From Sinorhizobium meliloti (GTDB lineage Bacteria > Pseudomonadota > Alphaproteobacteria > Rhizobiales > Rhizobiaceae), in NCBI RefSeq assembly GCF_017876815.1, contig NZ_JAGIOS010000004.1, forward strand, positions 90,001 to 122,000: DNA of 32,000 nucleotides. Reading direction: 5' to 3'. A program made the translations under genes and the position numbers. Below, piece after piece: positions 16,934 to 25,713 of this stretch. The notes under the pieces are model-generated. The model was not told the origin of the DNA. It did no database searches and was given only the letters and a program-made list of their open reading frames with translations. How positions within the stretch are numbered: position 1 is the stretch's first letter; each line of letters starts with the position of its first letter.

Positions 16934-17644
16934 ATGATCATCTCACATCGCTACAAATTCGTATTGCTGGCACCGTGGAAAACAGCCAGCTCAACTGCGC
17001 ATGCTCGCCTTGAAGCTCTCGATGAAAGCCCATACAGCCGATTTTTCTACTTTAACCCATTTCTAAATCGTGTAGTTCATCAACACCTTACGTACGCCGA
17101 ATTCGCAACGCTCCCTGAAAGTAAATTAGGCTACAAGGTTGCCGCGTTTGTCAGAAATCCATACGACAGGGCGTACTCGGGATTCTTGCAGTTACAGCGG
17201 GATATTAAGCATCAACCATCGCTTGAATTCCCATCCGAATGGATCAAGGCTTTGGTATTGAAACAGCTGTCCGATAATCAAAATAAGCTCATTGATGCGC
17301 GGTATGACTTCGATCTCTGGATTCAACTATTACAAGAATTCGAAGTTTTCGAGGTGGGACGAAATACAAATTTGCCTCTACACCCGGCGAACTACTGGAC
17401 ACACTATAATTCTATGCAGGCAGTCGACTTCGTCGGGAAGGTGGAAGAATTCGAAACTGATTTCGCTGCATTCTGCCGCTTCGTGGACATTGATGTTCCG
17501 GAGCTGGTCAACAAAAATCTCTCGGAGCAATTTGTCGAAGGAGACGGATACAGGTACGCAGCACAGATGTGTTCGTCCAGTCGTTCGAGAATAAATACGT
17601 TGTTTAAATCCGACTTCGATCTCTTTGGATATACTCGATTTTGA
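16934..17644 (+). CDS. Sulfotransferase family 2-type PAPS-dependent sulfotransferase
   Basis: The 5'-phosphosulfate loop is APWKTASST and the 3'-phosphate motif is VRNPYDRAYSGF. The product is 236 aa with no signal peptide. The gene is markedly AT-richer (mid-40s percent GC by eye) than cysDN upstream. Confidence 0.8.
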   Translation: MIISHRYKFVLLAPWKTASSTAHARLEALDESPYSRFFYFNPFLNRVVHQHLTYAEFATLPESKLGYKVAAFVRNPYDRAYSGFLQLQRDIKHQPSLEFPSEWIKALVLKQLSDNQNKLIDARYDFDLWIQLLQEFEVFEVGRNTNLPLHPANYWTHYNSMQAVDFVGKVEEFETDFAAFCRFVDIDVPELVNKNLSEQFVEGDGYRYAAQMCSSSRSRINTLFKSDFDLFGYTRF

Positions 17645-18267
17645 TGTGGCGTGCGCTACGAGAAGCATCATCGTAGGCGCGGAAACGCCACTGTGTATCA
17701 CCGAAGGTGGCCAAGCTCTAGGAAAACCGGCTATCGGAGGTCGCGGCGCGCTGGGTCGAGCGCTTCTTGTATCAGGCCCCCCGCCGGCAAGGAGGATCGT
17801 TCGTCCCGGCCGAAGACGAGCCCGCGCCGGACCCCGGAGCGGCACTGCCTCGCTACGCCGCCGGCGGCTGACGGGCAAACACAGCGCGACCGAAACCCGC
17901 TTGTGGGCAACCATGTTCAACCGGGTCCTCAAGCGGTCTCGACGTTATCCTGGAGAGGATCCAATATGAGGGCTGAAGGTGGGCGTGAGTGTGGACGTTG
18001 GCATCGCTCAGGCCTGGGCGCGGGCAATGCCACGCGCCGCTCACGCCGGGAACGGCAACAAACGCCTGAAATCCAGAGAAAAGACTGCCCACCCGCTCCA
18101 AGGACGCTCAAGCGCGGAGTTCCAAGAGATTGGGAATATTGCGCTGGCTTCTTTCCGCCGCGGGACCGACCCCTCGTCAGAGAAGAAAGCGAGTAATGGC
18201 AAGTTAATAGCCCGGCACGCTTCCCCCAAGCCGCAAGCTGCTCTCACATTGATTTCTGCGGCAGGGT

Positions 18268-19047
18268 TTGTCCAGGTGGTGCAGACCGCTTACAGTGCTC
18301 ACCCCGGAGATCGTCATGAGTTATATCGAGTTGCGTGGCACCTTTCGATGGCTCCGCCGACAGTGGCAAAAAGCGATGTGCGGGTTGGTGCGCGCATTCC
18401 TACGCTACTTGCATCTGAAGGGCCTCATTTCGGGAGCCTTGGCCGATCGGGTGCGGGCGACTTGCTACTCTAAACTGCCAACCTTCCTGCCGCCACAGAA
18501 AGTTCAGCAGGTTCTCGATGCCTGCGATCGGACGACGGCATTGGGACTTCCGGACTATGCGGTTCTGATGATCCTGGCCAAGCTCGGATTGCGCGCGAGC
18601 GAAGCCGCGGCCCTCAATCTTGATGATGTCGAGGCAGTCATGCACGATCGACTCCACGGCAAGGGTCGGCGGCAAGCGATGACGCTGCTACGCCCACGAC
18701 GTCGGAACAGCAATCGTCGCCTATACCCGGCATGGGCGGCCAGCTTCAGCGTGCCGTCGGCTATCTCTGCGGACGCTTGCGGCGCACGTGGGTTTGGCTC
18801 CGGCTGCGCCATCACGGTGATGGCGAAGCAAGCACTCGAACGGGTTGTCAGTGATGGCGCGCACCACGGCGCCCACCTCTTTAGCCACAGCCTTGCGCCC
18901 GACCTGCTGCTGTCGGGCGCAAGCTTCGCGGCGATTGGCCAATTGCTCTGCCACTCAAGCACCGATTGTACAAGGATCCGTGCCAAGCTCGATTTCGGGA
19001 AGCTGCGCCAACCGGGCGTGGCCGGAAGGTCCCCAATGACCCTCTGA
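18268..19047 (+). pseudogene. Decayed tyrosine recombinase (XerC/D-like integrase)
   Basis: Recognisable blocks are LPDYAVLMILAKLGLRASEAAALNLDDV, HGKGRRQ, GAHLFSHSLAPDLLLSGASFAAIGQLLCHSS and TRIRAKLD. The middle part (HDVGTAIVAYTRHGRPAS...) reads in another frame. The HxxR Arg is Ser, and the catalytic Tyr position reads Arg. Confidence 0.65.
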
Positions 19048-19344
19048 CGGAAGTGCCCCGCGACGCCATGTGGCCGGCGCGTCACGATCTGCACCATAAC
19101 GCTGCCGAGCCGCGCAGCGGCGCGCGAGCCGCCATCATAGATCGAAGCAGCGCCAGCAGACGCCGCGCCTGGCTGGTACTCCTCGTTTTTCTGGCCAGAA
19201 GCCGCGGCCTTTCCGCATCAAAGGCCGCTCGCAAAGAAATCGCTGAACCCATCGCAAATCTTCAGTTTGCGCCATCGGTTCAAATTCGTCGGCTTTTGAG
19301 AATCCCCAGAGTCAACTTCAATGAGGCTTGGTATAAATCGTCTC

Positions 19345-20256
19345 TCAGCGCTCCACTCCGAGCTTAGACCCAAAGGCGAGTTCGATCTTCAGGATTTCCG
19401 CCAAACGCTTGACGATCGGGTAGCGGGCCGTGGAGCTTCGTACAGACACTCCTACCTCATAGGCGTGAAGAGGCGTTTCAATCGGATAGGCAACGGCGCC
19501 CGACGTTTCGACGATTGGCTGGAATTGGTTCGGCACGATCATCGCATATTTTCCAGCGGCGACCAGTTGCAAGGCGGTGTTGAACGAACTCGTCGACACC
19601 GCGAGCGGTGGAGGTTGCAATCCATAGGCATGGAAGAAGTTGGTCAGGGCGGGCTCGGGCTCGATGCTCTCGCTGTAGCTTATCCAGGCGAAATCCAGGA
19701 GATCGGCGGCGGTCGGCGGGTCGTGAGCGATTCCCTTCCTGTCCCCAATTACCAAGCAGTGCTCGAAGGTTGCCAACGTCGTCGAGGTGATCTTGTCGGA
19801 AAGGTGCTCGGCTTCGATCCGGCCGACAACGACATCGAGATCCCCCGCGAGCAATCTTTCATTATAGGAGGAGTTCGCGGGACTCGAAAGAATGAGCCGG
19901 GTCTTCGGGAACTCCGACCTCAGTTGATCGAGAACACGCGACATGTACAGCAGGCTGAAGCTCGGACCGGTGCCAATACGGAGCAGGTCGACGTGGCCGG
20001 TCTTGATCGCAACGATCTCCTCCTTCGCTTGGCTGTACGATCTGTCGATCTCGATGGCGTGTCGATAAAGGGCTTGTCCGTAGTTCGTGAGCCGCATGCC
20101 GCGCGGCAGGCGTTCGAACAGGGGTGCTCCGAACTCGATCTCGATTTGCCGCAGTTTCTTAGTCAGAGACGATTGCGCCATACCAATGTCGCGGGCCGCG
20201 ATCGTTACATTGCCGTGCTTCGCGATCGCGATGAACGCGCGGATACTGCGATCCAT
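19345..20256 (-). CDS. LysR-family transcriptional regulator
   Basis: The N-terminal wHTH is MDRSIRAFIAIAKHGNVTIAARDIGMAQSSLTKKLRQIEIEFGAPLFERLPRGMRLT, followed by a LysR substrate-binding domain. ATG 20256 has a GGAGGA site. The gene is divergent from the sulfatase gene. Confidence 0.9.
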   Translation of the reverse strand: MDRSIRAFIAIAKHGNVTIAARDIGMAQSSLTKKLRQIEIEFGAPLFERLPRGMRLTNYGQALYRHAIEIDRSYSQAKEEIVAIKTGHVDLLRIGTGPSFSLLYMSRVLDQLRSEFPKTRLILSSPANSSYNERLLAGDLDVVVGRIEAEHLSDKITSTTLATFEHCLVIGDRKGIAHDPPTAADLLDFAWISYSESIEPEPALTNFFHAYGLQPPPLAVSTSSFNTALQLVAAGKYAMIVPNQFQPIVETSGAVAYPIETPLHAYEVGVSVRSSTARYPIVKRLAEILKIELAFGSKLGVER

Positions 20257-20282
20257 TCCATTCCTCCGAACATGCATTCTGT

Positions 20283-20310
20283 CTTCATTACTGGCCTGAC
20301 GAGGATGAAG
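20283..20310. promoter_or_regulatory. Inverted repeat CTTCAT-N16-ATGAAG in the LysR/sulfatase divergent intergenic region
   Basis: The perfect 6-bp arms are seen directly in the sequence. The position fits a LysR-type operator, but the spacing is not the classic T-N11-A. Confidence 0.25.
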
Positions 20311-20464
20311 TTCTGTCGCTCGAAGTCAAGGAAAAACCCATTCCAAAAGGCGATCACAGAGGTACGCCTAATTCATTATACATCGCTTTGCCACTGTTTC
20401 ATCGTTATCGGCAAGAAAAACCGGGCAGCCTGGTCGGCTGTCCCTCCGCGGCGTGGAGCTATGC

Positions 20465-22072
20465 GTGCGAACCGTCTTTGTCCTCTTCGACTCCCTCAAT
20501 CGCCTGGCGCTGGAGTGCTACGGCGGGCAGGGCATCCCGACACCGCATTTCAATCGTTTCGCCGAGCGCGGGGTCACCTTCGACCGACACTATGTTGGCG
20601 GGCTTCCATGCATGCCCGCCAGGCGAGACCTCCACACCGGTCGGCTGACATTTATGCACCGCTCCTGGGGTCCGCTGGAGCCGTTCGACAACTCGTTCCC
20701 GAAAATCCTTTCGGAACACGGCACCTATTCTCACATGATCTCGGACCACCAACATTATTTCCAGGAGGGCGGCTTCGGATACATCAACACGTTCGACAGC
20801 TGGGAATTCATCCGGGGACAGGAAGACGACACGTGGGTGGCCATGGTCCAGCCGCCATTGGAGCGCTTCAGGGAGATGTTCGACGACCGGCACTATCCTT
20901 TGTCGAGGATTCCCAAGAGAGCCAAAACCATCACCCGGGGAAACACGCCATGGAAAGCATGGAAGCACCTCAGCAACATCAAGAACCGAGAGCGCTACAA
21001 GGAAGAGGCCGAATTTCCATGCGTAAAGTGCTTCACCGCCGCGTTGGAGTTTCTGGACGGAAACAAGGACGCCGACAACTGGTTCTTGATGATCGAGACC
21101 TTCGATCCTCATGAGCCGTTTCATGCTCCAGAGCGGTTCAAGAAGCTTTTCGCGACCGGCTACACGGGGAAGATTCTGGATTGGCCGGTCTACGAGAAGG
21201 TTACGAATTCCGCGGAGGAAATCGCCGAGATCAGGGCGAACTACGCGGCATTGGTCGCGATGTGCGACGACCAGTTCGGCAGGCTACTCGATGCGTTCGA
21301 CGAGGGCGGGCTTTGGGAGGACACCGCGCTGGTCGTCACCACCGACCACGGTTTCCTCCTTTCGGAGCATGACTGGTGGGGCAAGAACCGGACACCGTAC
21401 TACGAGGAAATCTCCCACATTCCCTTGATGATTTACCACCCGGACTACGCTGCCAATGGCGGCGAGCGCCGCAGCGCGCTCACCCAGCAGACAGATCTCA
21501 TGCCGACCTTCCTCGATTTCGCGAGCGCGGAAAGACCCCTGGAGGTCACGGGATGCTCTCTACGAAGGGTGCTGGAGGCGGACGAACCGGTGCGGGATGA
21601 TCTCATACTGGGCATGTTCGGGGGGCCGATCTGCGCCACGGACGGTCGCTACACCTACTATCTCTTTCCAGACTCCCTTACGGGCGAAGGCTTCAACGAA
21701 TATACAGTGATGCCGACCCATCTGCGATCCTACTTCGACGTGCGCGAGTTCGAGGGCGCGGAGATGTCCGAGCCTTTCGAGTTTACGAAGAACATGCCCG
21801 TGATGAAGATCAAGGCACGTGATTTCGCGGAGCGGATACCCTGGATGGAGCAACAGGGTGGTTTCGCCGATGTCGGCACGGTGCTCTACGACCTCGCCGC
21901 AGACCCGAAACAAGAGCGCCCCGTGGAGGTTCCGGAGATCGTGGCGGCGCTGAGACGATCGATCGCGCGGCACCTCGCGCGCCACGACGCGCCGCGGGAA
22001 GCCTACGTCCGCTATGGTCTTACGCAAGAAAAATCGGCGATGCAGCGCGAGCGAGTTGGAAAGGTCATTTGA
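20465..22072 (+). CDS. Cys-type sulfatase (formylglycine-dependent), apparently cytoplasmic
   Basis: It has the CxPxR motif in GGLPCMPARRDLHTGR, N-terminal metal-binding VLFDSLN, and TTDHGF with the downstream sulfatase core. No signal peptide is visible. GTG 20465 has GGAG 6 nt upstream; GTG 20453 is an alternative start. Confidence 0.85.
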   Translation: MRTVFVLFDSLNRLALECYGGQGIPTPHFNRFAERGVTFDRHYVGGLPCMPARRDLHTGRLTFMHRSWGPLEPFDNSFPKILSEHGTYSHMISDHQHYFQEGGFGYINTFDSWEFIRGQEDDTWVAMVQPPLERFREMFDDRHYPLSRIPKRAKTITRGNTPWKAWKHLSNIKNRERYKEEAEFPCVKCFTAALEFLDGNKDADNWFLMIETFDPHEPFHAPERFKKLFATGYTGKILDWPVYEKVTNSAEEIAEIRANYAALVAMCDDQFGRLLDAFDEGGLWEDTALVVTTDHGFLLSEHDWWGKNRTPYYEEISHIPLMIYHPDYAANGGERRSALTQQTDLMPTFLDFASAERPLEVTGCSLRRVLEADEPVRDDLILGMFGGPICATDGRYTYYLFPDSLTGEGFNEYTVMPTHLRSYFDVREFEGAEMSEPFEFTKNMPVMKIKARDFAERIPWMEQQGGFADVGTVLYDLAADPKQERPVEVPEIVAALRRSIARHLARHDAPREAYVRYGLTQEKSAMQRERVGKVI

Positions 22073-22130
22073 ACCCGGGGACGGGTTCGAAGCCAGCCGG
22101 TCGGGATGGTGGGTCAATCGGGAGGAGACA

Positions 22131-23438
22131 ATGACAATTCTAACAAGGCTGCTCGGAAGCTCGGCGCTCCTTGCATCTACTGTGCTGGCAACCCAGGCGC
22201 TACCGGCAGAGCCGATAACAATCTTGATCAATACCTCTCCATGGTACGGAGGCTTCGAGGCGCTCGTCGAAAAATACGAGGCCGACACCGGCAACAAGGT
22301 AAGCATTGACGCCGTACCGCTGGGCGGACTCCTCGAGAAGGCGCGCAACGCTGTCCGTGGGCCTGCCGGCAACTACGACATCGTCAATCTTTCGAACGCC
22401 TGGGTCGTTGAATTCTACGCGGGCAACTATCTGACCCCGCTGACCGACATCGATCCGACCTTCAGCTTCGGCGACAACATCATTGATGCCGACGGCCTGC
22501 TCTATTGGAACAAGGACAAGCAATGGCCCATGAAACATGGCGGTGTTCCAATGGCGTTCTCGCCAAATGCCAATACCCATCTCTGGTATTACCGAACCGA
22601 TCAGATCGAGAAGCCGCCGGAGACCTGGGACGACGTCCTGAAAACGTGTCGGTCGAAGGGCGGGGAGGTTGATTACAGTGTCGTCGTGCGCGGGGCGCGC
22701 GGAAATCCGATTCGATTCGCGTTCTCCACTTACATGCTCAGTTTTGGCGGCAGCATCGAGAAGGATGCGCCGAACGGCGACTTCACGGTTACCTTCAACA
22801 GCCCGGAAGTGAAGCACGCCCTCGAGCTCTATATCAAGCTCGCAAAGGAATGCGGTCCGCCGAACCCCGGCTCGATCGATCAAGGCGAGATGATCCAGTA
22901 TCTCGTCTCGGGGAAAGCTAAACAGGCGGGGATTGTCGTCGCGGCCCAGGCGCAGATGGACGACCCGGAGAAGTCGGCCGTGGTCGGCAAGATCAGTTAC
23001 ACAGTCACGCCGCGCCCGGCGGACGGTGCGAACCGGGATGTGTGGGGTTCCTGGCAGATGGGAATCCCGGCCAATGTCCCGGCCGAGCGAAAGAAGGCCG
23101 CGATGGAGTTCATCAAGTATTTCCAATCGGACGATGCCCAGACCTACTACGCGGAGGCCGGAGGAATTCCCGTGAGCCGCACCGTGCTCGAAGGGCCTCT
23201 TTCGGAGCAGGAGAAGTTCAGGTGGATGAGACCTTACTCACAGGCTTCGCGGTATGCGAAGCAGCTCCTCCAGTACCAGGAAGGCGCAGAGATCGAGCAG
23301 ATCATCGGGCTCCGCTTGAACCAGGCCCTGATCGGCGAACTCTCCGTCGATGATGCGCTGAACACCGCGGCAACCGAGATTCACGACGTGTTCGTGCGCA
23401 CCGGCCGCAGGACCGGTCTGTTACCGCCGCTCCAGTAA
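22131..23438 (+). CDS. ABC transporter extracellular solute-binding protein (family 1, carbohydrate type)
   Basis: ATG 22131 follows GGAGGAG. The signal peptide is MTILTRLLGSSALLASTVLATQALPA. The 435-aa product has family-1 sugar-binding-protein length and composition. Confidence 0.85.
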   Translation: MTILTRLLGSSALLASTVLATQALPAEPITILINTSPWYGGFEALVEKYEADTGNKVSIDAVPLGGLLEKARNAVRGPAGNYDIVNLSNAWVVEFYAGNYLTPLTDIDPTFSFGDNIIDADGLLYWNKDKQWPMKHGGVPMAFSPNANTHLWYYRTDQIEKPPETWDDVLKTCRSKGGEVDYSVVVRGARGNPIRFAFSTYMLSFGGSIEKDAPNGDFTVTFNSPEVKHALELYIKLAKECGPPNPGSIDQGEMIQYLVSGKAKQAGIVVAAQAQMDDPEKSAVVGKISYTVTPRPADGANRDVWGSWQMGIPANVPAERKKAAMEFIKYFQSDDAQTYYAEAGGIPVSRTVLEGPLSEQEKFRWMRPYSQASRYAKQLLQYQEGAEIEQIIGLRLNQALIGELSVDDALNTAATEIHDVFVRTGRRTGLLPPLQ

Positions 23439-23504
23439 TGATCGACCAGGCATTGTCCGAGCCGGCTGCCACGAGGCACTCGGTCGTCAACCTACGGTGA
23501 TGTG

Positions 23505-24464
23505 ATGGCGTCAACTTTGGTTTCAAAAACGGCCGTGCCCGGCCGCGCACAGCAGCAAAGCGCCGCCTCAAGCCGAGGAACCCGTGTTCTCGACTTGTTC
23601 GACAGGCATTTCCGCCTGATCACCATCGCGCCGGCGGCGCTGCTGATCCTGTCACTTACAGTCGTTCCCGCGATCGAGCTCGTGCGGATGGCGGGAGCGA
23701 AAATTGCATTCACGAACGACGGCGTAGAACGCACTGCCGCGCTTGCCGAAAATATCGGCCGTCTGGCGAACGACTGGATTTACTGGCGTGCTCTGTTGAA
23801 CACCTTGGCCTTCGTCATCACGTCGACATTGGCGGAACTGGTTCTCGGTCTCGTGCTCGCGCTCGCGGCGCAACGAATGACGCGCGCCAAAGGCATGGTC
23901 CGGACCTTGATGTTGATGCCCATCCTGATACCGCCCGTCGCGATCGGCAATATGTGGCGGCTGATGTACAATCCAGAATTCGGCATCATCGCCCACCTCG
24001 TCGACCAAGTCGCCGGAGTGAGGCTCGACATGCTTGGCTCGACCTCCACGGCGCTCCTTGCCGTCATCATTGTCGATGTCTGGCATTGGACGCCGTTCAT
24101 GTTCCTGATCCTGCTAGCGGGGCTGGAGGGTCTCCCCGAAGAGGTGATGCAAGCCTCCCACCTCGACGGCGCTAATTCGCTTCAACGGCTTCGGTTCATT
24201 GTCCTACCGATGCTTTGGCCCGCCATCGCCGTCGCCTTCGTCTTCAGGTCGATCGGCGCCTTCAAGGTGTTTGATCAGATTTACCTGCTTACCTCCGGCG
24301 GACCTGGCGTCTCCACGGAAGTGCTGAGCCTCTATGTGTTCAAGGTGTTCTTCCAGAACAACGAGCTCGGCTACGGAGCGCTCCTCTCGCTGGTCACCAT
24401 CGCCATCGTCTGCAGCTATCTCGCCGTATTCCGGATCGCGCAGCGCACGAAAGGGGCCTTGTGA
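23505..24464 (+). CDS. Carbohydrate ABC transporter permease (MalF/UgpA-like)
   Basis: Multiple transmembrane segments are present, with the EAA-type loop EEVMQASHLDGANSLQRLRFIVLPML. GTG 23502 is an alternative start. Confidence 0.88.
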   Translation: MASTLVSKTAVPGRAQQQSAASSRGTRVLDLFDRHFRLITIAPAALLILSLTVVPAIELVRMAGAKIAFTNDGVERTAALAENIGRLANDWIYWRALLNTLAFVITSTLAELVLGLVLALAAQRMTRAKGMVRTLMLMPILIPPVAIGNMWRLMYNPEFGIIAHLVDQVAGVRLDMLGSTSTALLAVIIVDVWHWTPFMFLILLAGLEGLPEEVMQASHLDGANSLQRLRFIVLPMLWPAIAVAFVFRSIGAFKVFDQIYLLTSGGPGVSTEVLSLYVFKVFFQNNELGYGALLSLVTIAIVCSYLAVFRIAQRTKGAL

Positions 24465-25291
24465 TGGTCACCAGTCCGTCGAGGGCCTGGCTTGCCTTCG
24501 CCGTTGTTGGGCTTTCACTCCTGTCGATCCTGGCGCCGTTCATATGGATTGTCGGGGTGTCGCTGAAATTTCAGATTGACATCCTTACAGGGGCGTTCCC
24601 GTTCGAACCGGTCGCCGTCAATTTCGGCCGGGTGCTGTTCGGCAAGAGTTCGGACTTCATCGTTTACGCGGGCAACAGCCTGATCGTGGGTCTCTCAAGC
24701 ACCGCCCTCGTGTTGCTGATCGGCGCGCCTGCCGCCTATTCACTCGCATGGCGGAGGTGGTCTAAGCTGTTCAGCGCTCTCTTCCTGGGCTGGACGCTTG
24801 TCTTCCACATGATCCCGCCGATAACGCTGGTTGGCCCCTGGTACCTGCTGTTCCGCGAAATCGGGCTCTACAACACCCTGACGGGCTTGGTCCTGACCCA
24901 CGTCGTCATCAATCTTCCCCTCACGATCTGGCTGATGATGTCGGCCTTCGAGAACATCCCGCGCGAGCTTGAGGAAGCCGCGGTCGTGGATGGATGCCGC
25001 AGATCGACGGCCTTTTTTGTGATCCTTCTCCCGCTGGCCCTACCGGGACTGATCGCAGCGGGACTGCTGTCGTTCCTGTTCTCGTGGAGCGAGTTCTCCA
25101 TCGCTCTCAATCTCACGACGAAGGAGACCTATACGATACCAGTAGCGATCGCGTCGTACGCGGGCGAGAACGAGATTTTGCACGGACAAATGGCAGCCGC
25201 GTCGGTGCTCTCGACCATCCCCGCCCTCATCCTGATGTTCTTTGGTCAGCGTTTCATTCTCGGCGGTCTAACCGCCGGAGCCGTAAAATAG
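24461..25291 (+). CDS. Carbohydrate ABC transporter permease (MalG/UgpE-like)
   Basis: The EAA loop is ELEEAAVVDGCRRSTAFFVILLPLALPG. The start (GTG 24461 or ATG 24464) overlaps the upstream stop. Confidence 0.88.
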   Translation: MMVTSPSRAWLAFAVVGLSLLSILAPFIWIVGVSLKFQIDILTGAFPFEPVAVNFGRVLFGKSSDFIVYAGNSLIVGLSSTALVLLIGAPAAYSLAWRRWSKLFSALFLGWTLVFHMIPPITLVGPWYLLFREIGLYNTLTGLVLTHVVINLPLTIWLMMSAFENIPRELEEAAVVDGCRRSTAFFVILLPLALPGLIAAGLLSFLFSWSEFSIALNLTTKETYTIPVAIASYAGENEILHGQMAAASVLSTIPALILMFFGQRFILGGLTAGAVK

Positions 25292-25294
25292 GAG

Positions 25295-25541
25295 ATGGGA
25301 AGGTTGAAGTTGTGTCTCTCGCGAATCCGTAAGTCCTATGGTGCGCTCGAAGTCCTCCACGGTATCGACCTTTGTCAGCGAAGTCGGTTCATCGTGTTTG
25401 TCGGGCCCTCGGCTGCGTAAAGTCGACTTGCTGGGGATGATAGCGGGACTGGAGTCGGTGACGGCAGGCGTGCTGCGTATCGACCGCCGCGTGGTCAACC
25501 AGGTCGAGCGGCGCGCGCGGGAAATTGCGATGGTTTTCCAG
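25295..25541 (+). pseudogene. N-terminal remnant of a MalK/UgpC-type ABC ATPase (frameshifted and truncated)
   Basis: The reading [17 protein letters not shown]...FIVFVGPS hits a stop inside the Walker A (25418-25420). It continues in another frame as [35 protein letters not shown]. Homology ends near 25541, and the signature, Walker B and regulatory domain are absent. Confidence 0.7.
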
Positions 25542-25713
25542 GGCGTGATGCGGAATGCGGCTCTTCTTGGCCATCATCCTCCTCATCATTCGTGCGTGCA
25601 ACGTTAACATCCAGACGGGAGTTCCAAGCTCCGCTTACACCGACCAGCGTTTTCCGCCAGCTTACGGCATGTAAACTGAGTCAAAGAACCACCTTGGCGC
25701 ACTGTGAAGCTGC

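Noticed and set aside
16934-17644. Calling the sulfotransferase nodH
   Set aside because: The length is similar, but the PAPS-binding motifs (PWKTASST, RNPYDRAYS) are of the family-2 type. The sequence is not colinear with NodH as I recall it, and no other nod genes are nearby.
19321-21114. 597-aa ORF on the plus strand, the longest open frame in this part of the window
   Set aside because: It runs antisense through the whole LysR gene and then out of frame through the first 650 nt of the sulfatase gene. Its product is Arg/Gly/Pro-rich with no motifs. The LysR and sulfatase frames both have clear family signatures. It is a typical high-GC shadow ORF.
21560-23126. Minus-strand ORFs of 270 aa (21560..22372) and 308 aa (22200..23126)
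   Set aside because: They are antisense to the sulfatase and sugar-binding-protein genes. Their composition is low-complexity and Arg-rich, no domain signatures are present, and no ribosome sites are visible.
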